Source: a virus
Lineage: Duplodnaviria; Caudoviricetes
Direction: 5' to 3' (one strand)
IMG/VR virus record: IMGVR_UViG_3300035659_000019
Span: 1-53,402 of that record
DNA length: 53,402 nt
Under the pieces are notes generated by a model. The model did not search any database, had not been told where the DNA came from, and saw only the letters and a program-made list of their open reading frames with translations. This document shows positions 8,947-18,374 of this stretch, one piece after another. Numbering within the stretch: the stretch's first letter is position 1; every line of letters starts with the position of its first letter. The translations under genes were made by a program, and so were the position numbers.

Positions 8947-9300
8947 ACACCCGTGTAGTATGGATTCAACTCCTCGTTACCCGTGTAAGGACCGCTCCTA
9001 GGCGTTTACCCGCGTAAAAATCCTCTCACGGTCTTTACCCGTGTAGAAGGAATTCAACACCATGCTCCCCGTGTAAAGTCCGGCCCCTACCTTTTACCCG
9101 TGTACCACAGTTAATCAAACGCGCTCCCCGTGTAAAGACCAGCGCGGCACCACTACCCGTGTAGTAGGATGTTCAAAGACGGCTACCTACGTAGCTAAGG
9201 AGCAAATCACCGCTACCCGTGTAAAAACACCCAAACACGCAGACCCGCGTAACTCTCACCGCTACCCGTGGCACAGTTACCCGCCAGAGGCGCACCCGCC
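8947..9300. repeat. Array of (T)ACCCGTGTA motifs at 29-30 bp period with variable spacers
   Basis: CCCG(T/C)GTA cores start at 8950, 8980, 9009, 9038, 9068, 9097, 9127, 9156, 9186 (degenerate), 9216 and 9244; decayed copies at 9265, 9280, 9295. Confidence 0.9.
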
Positions 9301-9389
9301 ATGCTAACTCTCTACGGACCCCGGCACTTCTAGAGAACCGTCCTGACCATACCATGACGTATCATCAAAAAATTCATGACAAACGCCAC

Positions 9390-9418
9390 TTGACATAAAA
9401 TTACTAATATTCTATAAT
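9390..9418 (+). promoter_or_regulatory. Perfect-consensus sigma70 promoter
   Basis: TTGACA-17 bp-TATAAT. Confidence 0.9.
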
Positions 9419-9480
9419 ATATATAACGATTGAACAGCGTATCATGTTCATAGACTACTACAGGAAAGGAGGATACCCCA

Positions 9481-9897
9481 ATGGCTAACGACAAGAACAC
9501 CGCCCCTAAGACTTCGTATTCCATCGAGGAAGCTGCAAAGTTCCTCGGAATGCGCAGCCAGTACGTCCGGACGCTAATCCGGACCGGCAAGCTGCCCAGC
9601 ACGAAGGTACAGTTAAGCGAGAACATGTGGCGCCACGAGATCGCACTCGCAGCGCTCGAGGCTCGCAAGGCCGCAGGAAGCACTCGCGGCAAGCCGGCGA
9701 ACGGCAACAAGTACTTCATCCACGCAACTCCAGTCGTACTTGCTCGGCTTCAGGCGATCGTCGCGAAGGAAGGCCTAAGCATTACCTTCGCCCCCGCATA
9801 CGACAAGGCCAAGGCGAAAGCCCAGTACCTGAAGCAGAAGGCCAAGAAAGCCGCCGCGAAGAACGGCACGCTCAAAGCCGTCGTCGAGAAGAAGTAG
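9481..9897 (+). CDS. Xis/HTH_17-like DNA-binding protein with Lys/Ala-rich tail (paralogue 3)
   Basis: YSIEEAAKFLGMRSQYVRTLIRTGKLPS; tail KAKAKAQYLKQKAKKAAAK. Confidence 0.8.
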   Translation: MANDKNTAPKTSYSIEEAAKFLGMRSQYVRTLIRTGKLPSTKVQLSENMWRHEIALAALEARKAAGSTRGKPANGNKYFIHATPVVLARLQAIVAKEGLSITFAPAYDKAKAKAQYLKQKAKKAAAKNGTLKAVVEKK

Positions 9898-9961
9898 TGA
9901 CCCCGGCCCCCAAAGCTCCACATAACGAGCCGTCCGTAAGGACGGCTCTAGGAGGTTGCCT

Positions 9962-10318
9962 ATGCTCAGTTTCGAGATCGACTTTGCCTGGGACATAGAC
10001 GCCACGCCTTACCAAGATCACGACTTCATGCACCTCGGCGGCGAATGGAACTCCAGCGGATTGCTACCAGATCGAGCCACTGGACAGCGGTTACGCGACG
10101 TACAGCTGCTTTTGCACACGCCCCTGCAAACCCGTAATGCTGTCAGATGGATGGAGGCCTTGGATCCGCCGCTCGAGTATGTCAACGTGCATTGGGCTCC
10201 GCCTGACTGGATCGTAAGTATCCAGGAATGGGCGGATACCCATGGCTTAGCTGCGTTGAAATGGTGGATCGATGATATCGGAGATGATCTAGTGGAGTGG
10301 CTATGTGCCTACGCATGA
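9962..10318 (+). CDS. Hypothetical protein
   Basis: AGGAGG RBS next to hairpin 9927-9948. Confidence 0.55.
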   Translation: MLSFEIDFAWDIDATPYQDHDFMHLGGEWNSSGLLPDRATGQRLRDVQLLLHTPLQTRNAVRWMEALDPPLEYVNVHWAPPDWIVSIQEWADTHGLAALKWWIDDIGDDLVEWLCAYA

Positions 10319-10789
10319 GATTACGAAAGCGGCGTCCCCGGGTAAAGCGTATCAGGTTAGACTTATTCACGGTGACGATCCGTAAAAGAAAATAAAACGG
10401 GCCCAGTGGGCATACTAACGTATGCCCACACCCGGGGATAACGAACAATAATTTTCCTTTGTCATTATTGTCTAAGATCCAGAGGATGCTTATATATAAA
10501 TACTAATAGAAACGTATAAACTCACATATATTGAGAGTCTGAACGGTTCTGCTGTATAATGATTTAGAATACATAGAATATATAGAATAATACTAGATAA
10601 AATATTATTATTATTATTATATATTATTAATGGGACCCTCAGCCATTCCAACTCCCTGTTTGTCTCTTACCCACTGAGCCCGTTAACGGCAACACGTCCC
10701 GGTAACGCTCACAGTAGGTTTGGAACAAATGCCACGTTCCAAATAACAAATAATGGCGTATAATAGAATCATATAGGAAAGGAGGAACC

Positions 10790-13122
10790 ATGGATATAAA
10801 TTTGGAAGACGAACGAATCACCTCGCTCGAAGAGAGCGAACGCATCGAAGTGATCGATGTGGCGCTCAACGCATGGGCAATGGGTACTGCTCTGGATGTC
10901 GCCGACTCTCTTCAAGGCGACGAAAAGGCACGAGAGTTCATCCTCCAGCACATCGAGATGATCGACTACGTCGCTGGGCAGGCCGCACATCTACTCGAGG
11001 TGCACTTCACACCGCCGCCTGTAGACGCTCTCACGGTTGCAACCGCACTTACGGATCCCGACGTCTTTGCAGACCATCCTAACGGACTCGTAGACATGAT
11101 CGGCAGCCACCCAGCGTACATTGAAGCCTGTGTTGGTCGTATCGCAGCCGTACTGGGTACCGGCGTTGCATTGATCTACGAAGATGTAGGCTACCGGCAC
11201 CTCGACGAAGAGACCACCAAAAAGGTCCGCGACATCGACGAGCAACTATATCTCGATGTACTACAGGCTCTACATTACCAAGAAAGGAAGGAGTACCATG
11301 CCACCCAAGGGTAGCACATTGATCCTCGATACGTATGAGGATCCATTTAGTCAGCTGGTGGAGTTTCTACAGAGCCTCCCTAATCCAGAGGCGCCCATCA
11401 GCATCCATGAAGTAGACCCGAGCATGACCTACAAAGTTCGGCCCTACTTTACGGCGTTCAGCAAGCGACAGGCAGTCCTCATTCTGAGGATCCTAAAAGA
11501 CACACTATGTGAGTGGGAAGCTTGGGGCCCACCCGAGAAGTACCCAATGACCTACACCAAGCAGGACATCATTCGTATGATAGCACAACTAAAGGCGGTG
11601 CTAAATGTCAAGCACGAGTGACACACTAACCAAAGCCCAGGAGTGGGAAGAGGCTCACTCATTTGAGGAGTGGCAAGCCTTACCCGTTACCAGAGACGAC
11701 CTGGATCAATGCATCTGCGATGCAATCCACGCCGCTCTGGCGATCCCTGGGGTATGGGATGCAGTCATGTCACAGGCCCACAAGGAAGACTTTACCACGC
11801 CTGAGGACGACGACCCGTACTCTATTCCCTTCTACTATATTTGGGAACATCTAACAACAGAGGAGGTATCAAGTGACAAGCAAACTAGTACGTCATAAGG
11901 TCAGCGTCTCGGTCTACAAAGTAGGTGCGGATCAACCAATCCTGCACGTAGAGCTCGAAGACTACGACCCCATTCGAACGGATGGCGAAGTTTATCGAAC
12001 CGCCACCCCAGTCAATGGCCATTACATCTTTGTTGGGGTCGAACCGCTCCCCGATCAACCGCGTATAAGCCTTACCCGAGCGCAAGCAAAGACCGCGCTC
12101 GAAGGGTGCTACGCTCAGATCAGCGAGTACGACACGATGCCCAACGACCCCAAGAACGCAAAGTACCGTACCTTGGCGCAGACACTCGAAGAGTTCCTAC
12201 AGACCAGCCGCACTCCACCTAAAAAGCGGAAGCCGGCTGACATCGAGATTCACTTCACGCCATCGGTTAAATCGAACTACGGTCCTGATCCTGACGTTAG
12301 CGACGTAATTCGCCAACACGAGGAGAGCGGCGATGGCTTCCCTCCCTAACCTTAAGTCCATCGAAGGGGCCCTCAACGACTTCGTCGACAAACTAACAGC
12401 CGGCAATGAGGCTGCCCTCGTCGAGATGCGGAGGAAACGCGAAATGCCTATCCAACTTGACCCCACAGGAGATCCCTACGAGCGCCTGACTGAGTTCCTA
12501 GAAGCCGCGATGACTTATGCGCAACGCGGCGAGTGGCCTCTAGTTCAGGAGATGCTAACCAACGCCAACGAGGCGTTATCATATATCGTGCCAATCGGCG
12601 CACCATTTCGTCATATATGGACGACTACACCCGCCGATAGCTTTGACCTTTGGGTATGTGCGCGATGCGGCAAACATTCGAACGACCCAGTTCCAAACGC
12701 AAAGGAGGTTTGCAATGACAGTGCAAGCAGTGGTTAGAATAGCCAAGGATCCGCGAGGCGGCAGTACCTGGCTCGTAGACCTTGGATTCGTCCATCCTAG
12801 TCTGGGATGGACTTCGATTCACCAAGTGAATCACATCCCCAGCGTAGCCGTAAGCGTTGTCGAGAAGTACATTCAAGCAGATGGCTACAAAATGAGCGAC
12901 GACCTCGAGACGGAGATTTCGTATCTCCGCATGCATCTAGCTGCACGCATCGATGACGCGGAACAGCAACTAAACCAGCATGACTACGAAGAGGCCGCCA
13001 ACTGTCTCAACGTGGCAAGCGGCCATGCAAGCGCAATCGCAGGTCTCTGGCCTAAGTATCTAGCCTCGCTCACAGATGTTATAAACGCGCGAGAGGAGTT
13101 ACGTCATGCCTTCCCCAAGTAA
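10790..13122 (+). other. Run of six overlapping early hypothetical genes (10790-11314, 11298-11621, 11605-11898, 11873-12349, 12333-12737, 12715-13122)
   Basis: Each has a GGAG/GAGG-type RBS and overlaps the previous stop; TATAAT at 10759; no recognisable family. Confidence 0.6.
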
Positions 13123-13420
13123 AGTTCAGCATACCGCAATCGACGTCGAGCTAGGCGAGAAACCTGCTCGAGCCTCGGTCAGCGAGTTCCAGGGTAAGAA
13201 CTACATATCCCTGCGTTATACGTACGAGGACCGTAACACGCATGAGACCAAGTTCGGTCAGAACGGAATTAACATGCAGGCCGGTACTGACGTTGCTACG
13301 CTCATTGAGGTTGGCGTAGAAGCGATCGAGTCCCTCATCAACGTACTCAACGTCTCAGCAGGCACCCACTACCATCTGGAAATGGAGGATACCAATGCAA
13401 CTGACACCAATAGCATCTAA
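13106..13420 (+). CDS. PC4-like ssDNA-binding protein
   Basis: ASVSEFQGKNYISLRYTYED...FGQNGINM matches the PC4 (V.V.EF.GK.Y.DIR..Y...KGI) pattern. Confidence 0.7.
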   Translation: MPSPSKVQHTAIDVELGEKPARASVSEFQGKNYISLRYTYEDRNTHETKFGQNGINMQAGTDVATLIEVGVEAIESLINVLNVSAGTHYHLEMEDTNATDTNSI

Positions 13421-13679
13421 GCCGCGGAAGCCGTCTGGCGCGTTCATCAAGTACCTTAGGGAGCACAACTTCCGCCCCGGCGAGTTCTTAACCGCTAGGG
13501 ACCTTAGCTTCGCCTACTACCGACATGCAACGAAGCTACCGCTGACAGACGAAGCATGCGCCTATCGACACCGGGATTCGAACTGCCGTGGCAACGCCGG
13601 TTTTGAGATCCGACGCTTACTGGACTACGGCTACATCTCCAAGTTCAAGAAGGGGCACTACATCGTCGTCCACTGGTAA
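13395..13679 (+). CDS. Hypothetical protein, possible winged helix
   Basis: EIRRLLDYGYISKFKKGHY. Confidence 0.5.
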   Translation: MQLTPIASKPRKPSGAFIKYLREHNFRPGEFLTARDLSFAYYRHATKLPLTDEACAYRHRDSNCRGNAGFEIRRLLDYGYISKFKKGHYIVVHW

Positions 13680-13758
13680 CCTTTGATCACTTCGGGGGGA
13701 TCCGAACGACGTTCATTCGCTCGGGTCCTACCTAGGTGCTAAAAGGAGGCACCACATT

Positions 13759-14388
13759 ATGGACCAAATTGATTCGTTCACGGGCGACAACTTCTTCCTG
13801 TCGAACTTCTACCCAGCATGTATCAAAGTAGAAGGTATAGCTTTCCCGACGGTAGAGCACGCATACCAGTACGCTAAGACTCTGATCCAGAATGAGCAGA
13901 TTGCAATTCTGACCGCACCTACACCGGGAGCAGCAAAGCGACTAGGTAAGACGGTTACGCTCCGAGCAGACTGGGAGATGATCAAGGAGGAGGTTATGCG
14001 CAAATGCCTCAGCCAAAAGTTCGCTATACCCGAACTCGGTACGGCTCTCCTCGCTACGGGAACCGCGGAACTTATCGAAGGGAACTCGTGGGGAGATACG
14101 TACTGGGGCGTGTGCAATCACGCAGGCCAAAATCGACTCGGCGAACTGCTAATGCAAGAGCGCAGCAAGGCTAGGATGGACATCGACCCAGACATCCTCA
14201 AAGAGTACTACCTTCGTCGTAACGAGCTAGACTACTTCTTCGAATACCTCGACGCCAACGGCTACGACGTCGAAGCATTCATGGAGAAGAACGAGGCCCG
14301 GCTGGACAAACTCGCCAACCAGCTCGATCTGGCTATCGCAGATCTGCTGGACAACCTAATCGAAGCAGATGCGGAGGGTATCATATGA
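13759..14388 (+). CDS. NADAR (YbiA-like) family hydrolase with acidic C-terminal extension
   Basis: FLSNFYP...FPTVEHAYQYAK...AKRLG...LRADW...ELIEGNSWGDTYWG...GQNRLGELLM. Confidence 0.9.
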   Translation: MDQIDSFTGDNFFLSNFYPACIKVEGIAFPTVEHAYQYAKTLIQNEQIAILTAPTPGAAKRLGKTVTLRADWEMIKEEVMRKCLSQKFAIPELGTALLATGTAELIEGNSWGDTYWGVCNHAGQNRLGELLMQERSKARMDIDPDILKEYYLRRNELDYFFEYLDANGYDVEAFMEKNEARLDKLANQLDLAIADLLDNLIEADAEGII

Positions 14389-14498
14389 TAATCGAAGTAC
14401 TGAAACATTCGGGCAACTTCTTTACGGCGTGCATGGTCATAATCGCGTGCGCCGGCTTTTTGATATGGGACCACTTCTTTAGAGGGCCGCACGAATGA
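14385..14498 (+). CDS. Small membrane peptide (37 aa, not in ORF track)
   Basis: ATGA overlaps at both ends; FFTACMVIIACAGFLIW. Confidence 0.5.
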   Translation: MIIEVLKHSGNFFTACMVIIACAGFLIWDHFFRGPHE

Positions 14499-15569
14499 AG
14501 ATCTACGACAGCATGCACCCAACACTGCACAGCATAGACCTGCCGCATCACCTGATAGAGAACTGCATAATCTACGACGTAAGGTGGCAGGTACTCAAGG
14601 CGCAGCTTATCTGGTCGAGCCCCGTATTCATTAAGTGGGCTAGCACACAGCTGTTCCGTTACATGGAGGAGCAGGTCTCGAACCAAGAGAAGATGCGTCG
14701 CGTCTGCCGCATCCAACCGTACGCCAATCGAGCAGGCTTCGGTCCGCTCGAAATCCCTAACCCCTTCCTCCTCGGAGACTGGGACTGGAATAACGTACGG
14801 ATCGATCTTATAGCGCTCTGCCATCAAGACATCCGCCTAGCACACCTCCTAAGAAACTTGACGGACGGCAAGCAGTACTCGACTCGAGAAGGGCAGTACT
14901 ACAAAGGAATCGTCCTAGCCGTAATCGCTAGGAGGGAACCGCAGACTAGCGGAGCATTCATCTCGAGTCAAGCCGGAGCGTTCTGCGGACACTGTAACCA
15001 CTGGTTCGCCGAGCGATTCATTGTGTACGGACTTCCAACACATCATGCGTGCGACTTCATGCCTGACCACTACTGCCGTGCGTGTGCAGTTGCGTTGAAC
15101 GTAACGGAGCTAATCGTATGAACGCCCATCCACACGTCGGTCAGCATAAGCCGTGTATACAATGCGGCTCTAATAGCGTCTCGGCTTGGACTACGAAGCT
15201 CGTCCAGAAGTACAACCCCAAGAAAGGGCACCTGGAGACGCTCGGCTCAGTCCGCAGGCGCGTGTGCCGTGATTGCGGATACGAAGAAAGGATGGAAACA
15301 TGTGGATCGCCGTCAGTAGTCACGTCCCCCGAACCGGGACGTTCCACGCAGAGTCCGAAGACCTAGACTCGCTGATGTTTCTTTGTGCTGGAATGTGTAT
15401 CCGAGCCACTAACAACGAGGCCGAGATTGGTTGTGCATCTGAACCTGAACTACACCATTTCCATATCGGCCCAGTCGTCGAGCAGGCTAGAGGCATTCAC
15501 CTTGTCCTACCGTTTCTTGACATCTACGAGACGGTAGAAGGGCAGTTTCTGTATGACCGCCGTAATTAA
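14495..15569 (+). other. Three hypothetical genes (14495-15121 and 15118-15366 with CxxC pairs; 15300-15569)
   Basis: Coupled ORFs containing CGHC/CRAC and CIQC/CRDC. Confidence 0.5.
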
Positions 15570-15581
15570 GAAAGGAGTAAC

Positions 15582-16103
15582 ATGTATGCCCGCATCTTTA
15601 CAATCTTGCTGGTCGCCGTGCTACTGTTCCCCGCTATGACAGCGTGCGCTACGGTTGCAGGGATTGACCCAAGTGTGGCTCTATCACAGCCACCGTTGGA
15701 TGGAGACATCATCGCAATGCAGTACGGAGCTACCTTGAACGGCATGCGTACCGCACTACGGGAAGCAGGCTATGGCCTACCGCGGATCTTCACAAAAGAC
15801 GCGTTGATGCTCTTCCGTTGGCCAATGTCCCAAGGTTGGGGCTTCGCCGTACTCGATCGCACGCGTACCGGTCTCATTCCAGACAACGGGAACTACGTAA
15901 ACGTCGAGACAATGAAGTCCTTACAAAACGGTCTCGCCGGCTGGAAGCAAGCAGCCCCGGATGAAGTACCTGCTTGGGTGACAACTGCTTTAGGCGGAAT
16001 CCAAGCCTTCGTCGGCACGCTTGCTGGATCACTTACTACAATGTACCTAGTTCCAGCTCCGTGCCCGACGATTAACTGCCTATACCCAACGTCGGAGGAA
16101 TAA
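15582..16103 (+). CDS. Putative lipoprotein or exported protein
   Basis: Signal-like MYARIFTILLVAVLLFPAMTAC ending in a lipobox-like Cys. Confidence 0.6.
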   Translation: MYARIFTILLVAVLLFPAMTACATVAGIDPSVALSQPPLDGDIIAMQYGATLNGMRTALREAGYGLPRIFTKDALMLFRWPMSQGWGFAVLDRTRTGLIPDNGNYVNVETMKSLQNGLAGWKQAAPDEVPAWVTTALGGIQAFVGTLAGSLTTMYLVPAPCPTINCLYPTSEE

Positions 16104-16106
16104 CAA

Positions 16107-16566
16107 ATGTGGACATTCGGTCTCCCCCTATGGGTTATGCTTGCGGCTCGGTACTGCGTTCGCAAGAGAGCAAAGCAAACAGCCCGTACAGAGGATCCTA
16201 GATACGCGCTGAACGCTTACCAGGTCCTCCAAACAAGGGTAATCAACATGCCCTTGACGTACAACGCCTTCGAGATGGAGATTCGTCACCACCTGCTACA
16301 GTGGTTGGCGAAGGAGATTGCAGCTCTCGAGACGCTTATCGCAATGAACGTCGTAGCAGTAGGAGTGATACCTCATGAGTGACCCGCACGCATATATCTG
16401 GTCGCAGGACGGACATGAGTACCACGTTACAGACGACCCAAGCGACGCACCGGAAGGTACAAATGCTTGCCCGCTAGCGGCCGAGACAGATACCTTTCTC
16501 AGTACCTACGAAGGGCTACTCGACGAGTACGATTGTACGCTAATCGACGACCGGCTCAGTACTTAA
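16107..16566 (+). other. Two hypothetical genes (16107-16382, 16375-16566)
   Basis: Coupled ORFs with RBS. Confidence 0.5.
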
Positions 16567-16606
16567 ATAAGTTGGACGTGTTCAACTTTGGTATGTTCTC
16601 CCTTAG

Positions 16607-16640
16607 TTTTAACGTTATTTTCACGTTAGTAGGTTATACT
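16607..16640 (+). promoter_or_regulatory. Candidate activator-dependent middle promoter
   Basis: TTTTAACGTTA-TTTTCACGTT then TATACT; same geometry as 20417-20450. Confidence 0.6.
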
Positions 16641-16687
16641 AAAAGAAAGCACGTCCAACCCATTCTGTTTAGAAAAGGAGTGTTACC

Positions 16688-17110
16688 ATGGTTCTAGATA
16701 CATCTAAGTTCCAGTTCCCGGACGTTATGAACATTCGCTTAGCGAGTGTCTACCTTGACGTCAGCGAACAGCGGATCCGCGCCCTACTTCGGGAGGGCCG
16801 CATCAAGGCGGACAAAGACGAGGCCGGTGCTTGGATCATCAGCAAAGAGGCCCTTGAGGCCTACAAAGCGGAGCACGCGCAAGGACCCAAGCGCACTTCC
16901 GGCGTCAGTGGCAAAGGCAAGGCCTACGTCGTACGCGTACCGTTCCAGAAGATCCAGGCTGTCAAGGATTTCCTTGCCACTCAGGACATCGAGCTGGAGC
17001 AGCGGTACAACTACGACAAGATGAAAGTCTACCAGCAAAAACGGAAGGCTCGTCTTGCCGCAGAGAAGAAAGAGAAAGCCAAAGCCGCCAAGGCTGAAGC
17101 CGCCAGCTAG
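16688..17110 (+). CDS. Xis/HTH_17-like DNA-binding protein with Lys/Ala-rich tail (paralogue 4)
   Basis: MNIRLASVYLDVSEQRIRALLREGRIKADK...WIISKEALEAY. Confidence 0.85.
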   Translation: MVLDTSKFQFPDVMNIRLASVYLDVSEQRIRALLREGRIKADKDEAGAWIISKEALEAYKAEHAQGPKRTSGVSGKGKAYVVRVPFQKIQAVKDFLATQDIELEQRYNYDKMKVYQQKRKARLAAEKKEKAKAAKAEAAS

Positions 17111-17120
17111 TCAACAGGTC

Positions 17121-17609
17121 GGTGGACCTCGCCTGATGGTCCACCCACCAAATAGACTTAGGATCGACAGATTGATCCCAAGTCTACTTGGTGAGCAATG
17201 TGAGGCTCACTTCGCTTTGGGGGAGGCGTGGACTTCTGTGTGGTCCTCCTTCCTAAAAAACACGACTGCTGGCTACAGTCGTCCTCCTTTGGTGTTCTAC
17301 ACGCCTCCCCCATCGCAGTTGGCCGACAATAGTGCCGGAGAAATTTCTAGCAGCAAAGGAGCCAGACGTATTGCCGGCCAACTGCGGTACAGAGCGTATA
17401 GTCGTACTCGTATGACATTAAGATCGTGTGAGCCAAAAGGGTGAGGCGATAAGGGTAGCAACCCCGCCGCCAACCCCCTACCTGTACCGTACTCACTTTT
17501 CCGCGTAACGTCTAACGCGTCGCTCCACATCTGTGGTCGCTTGACCGTAATTGACGTAGCGTGTGGCAGTGAGAGTGGAGACCGTCCCCCTGCAGAGGCG
17601 GTCTCCACT
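17121..17609 (+). ncRNA. Large structured non-coding region with at least seven consecutive stem-closed domains
   Basis: Stems GGTGGACC/GGTCCACC, TAGACTTaGGATC/GATCCcAAGTCTA, GTGAGC/GCTCAC, TGGGGGAGGCGTG/CACGCCTCCCCCA, CGCAGTTGGCCG/CGGCCAACTGCG, GGTACAG/CTGTACC, AGTGGAGACCG/CGGTCTCCACT; no credible ORF. Confidence 0.7.
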
Positions 17610-17624
17610 TTTAGAGGAGGCATA

Positions 17625-18374
17625 ATGCAAACGATCGGTTGTGACTTAGCATACTGTAACGACATTGGCTCTACCGGCTACGCAAAAATGAAGGAAGGCG
17701 GCATCGTCTATGCATGGTCCAAGCTTACACAAGGGACTCGCGTCCACGATGACCACTTCTTAGCACATTGGAATGGTTGCGGTAATGCCGGAATCCTACG
17801 AGGTGCGTATCACATGTACGAACCTCTCGCGTCTGCTGACCAACAGCTGGCGTACATTAAGGAGTGCTATCCCTGGAAGGAAGCGGACTTGCCGTTCGCG
17901 TTGGATGTCGAGATCGACTTGCAGGCAACCAACGCATCCCTAATCAACGCAGTAGATCGTCTCTTAGTACTACTGTGGAACGAGTATGGCAGTAAGCCAA
18001 TCATCTACACAGGCCGCTGGTGGTGGAACTACAACATGACTCCTGCGGAACTGTGGATGTCGGAGTACGACTTCTGGTGCGCACAGTATCCATATGCGGC
18101 CGGAAGAGTCGATCTTACTTGGGGAGCGTTATCCTCCATACTACCTACGGGTTGGACACAACCTGTAACTGGCGGTAAGACGCCCGTGATCTGGCAGTTT
18201 AGCGGCGACAAGTTCTTTTTTCCTGGTGTCGGAGGCGCACTAGACTTGAACCTGTTCAACGGTAACGAAGCCGCCTTCCGAGTGTGGGCCAAAGCTGCAC
18301 CGCTAGAACCGGATTGGGAACACAGTGTTGATCCGTTCCTCCGGACGCTTGGTTATACAGGAAGGGCACCATGA
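17625..18374 (+). CDS. GH25 muramidase (endolysin)
   Basis: IGCDLAY...KLTQG...RGAYH...ALDVE...PIIYT...IWQFS...LDLNLFNG; GAGGAGG RBS. Confidence 0.9.
   Translation: MQTIGCDLAYCNDIGSTGYAKMKEGGIVYAWSKLTQGTRVHDDHFLAHWNGCGNAGILRGAYHMYEPLASADQQLAYIKECYPWKEADLPFALDVEIDLQATNASLINAVDRLLVLLWNEYGSKPIIYTGRWWWNYNMTPAELWMSEYDFWCAQYPYAAGRVDLTWGALSSILPTGWTQPVTGGKTPVIWQFSGDKFFFPGVGGALDLNLFNGNEAAFRVWAKAAPLEPDWEHSVDPFLRTLGYTGRAP

Noticed and set aside
8947-9300. CRISPR mini-array or TIGR-type guide array
   Set aside because: The conserved core is only 8-10 bp, spacers resemble one another, the period is 29-30 nt, and I recognise no Cas effector or Nop-domain gene. The Cas4-like nuclease sits in an ordinary recombination module.
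3611-17110. Lysogeny module suggested by excisionase-like genes
   Set aside because: No tyrosine or serine integrase, CI-like repressor or ParA was recognised anywhere in the genome.
17314-17386. SRP RNA domain IV look-alike (CCGG-AGA-AATT-TCT-AGCAGC)
   Set aside because: It lacks the conserved CAGG and the GNRA tetraloop; the resemblance covers only the 3' side.
17055-17665. ORFs 17055-17444 (+) and 17297-17665 (-), and the TTG extension of the endolysin from 17541
   Set aside because: No RBS, and they overlap a densely base-paired region; the endolysin has a clear SD before ATG 17625.
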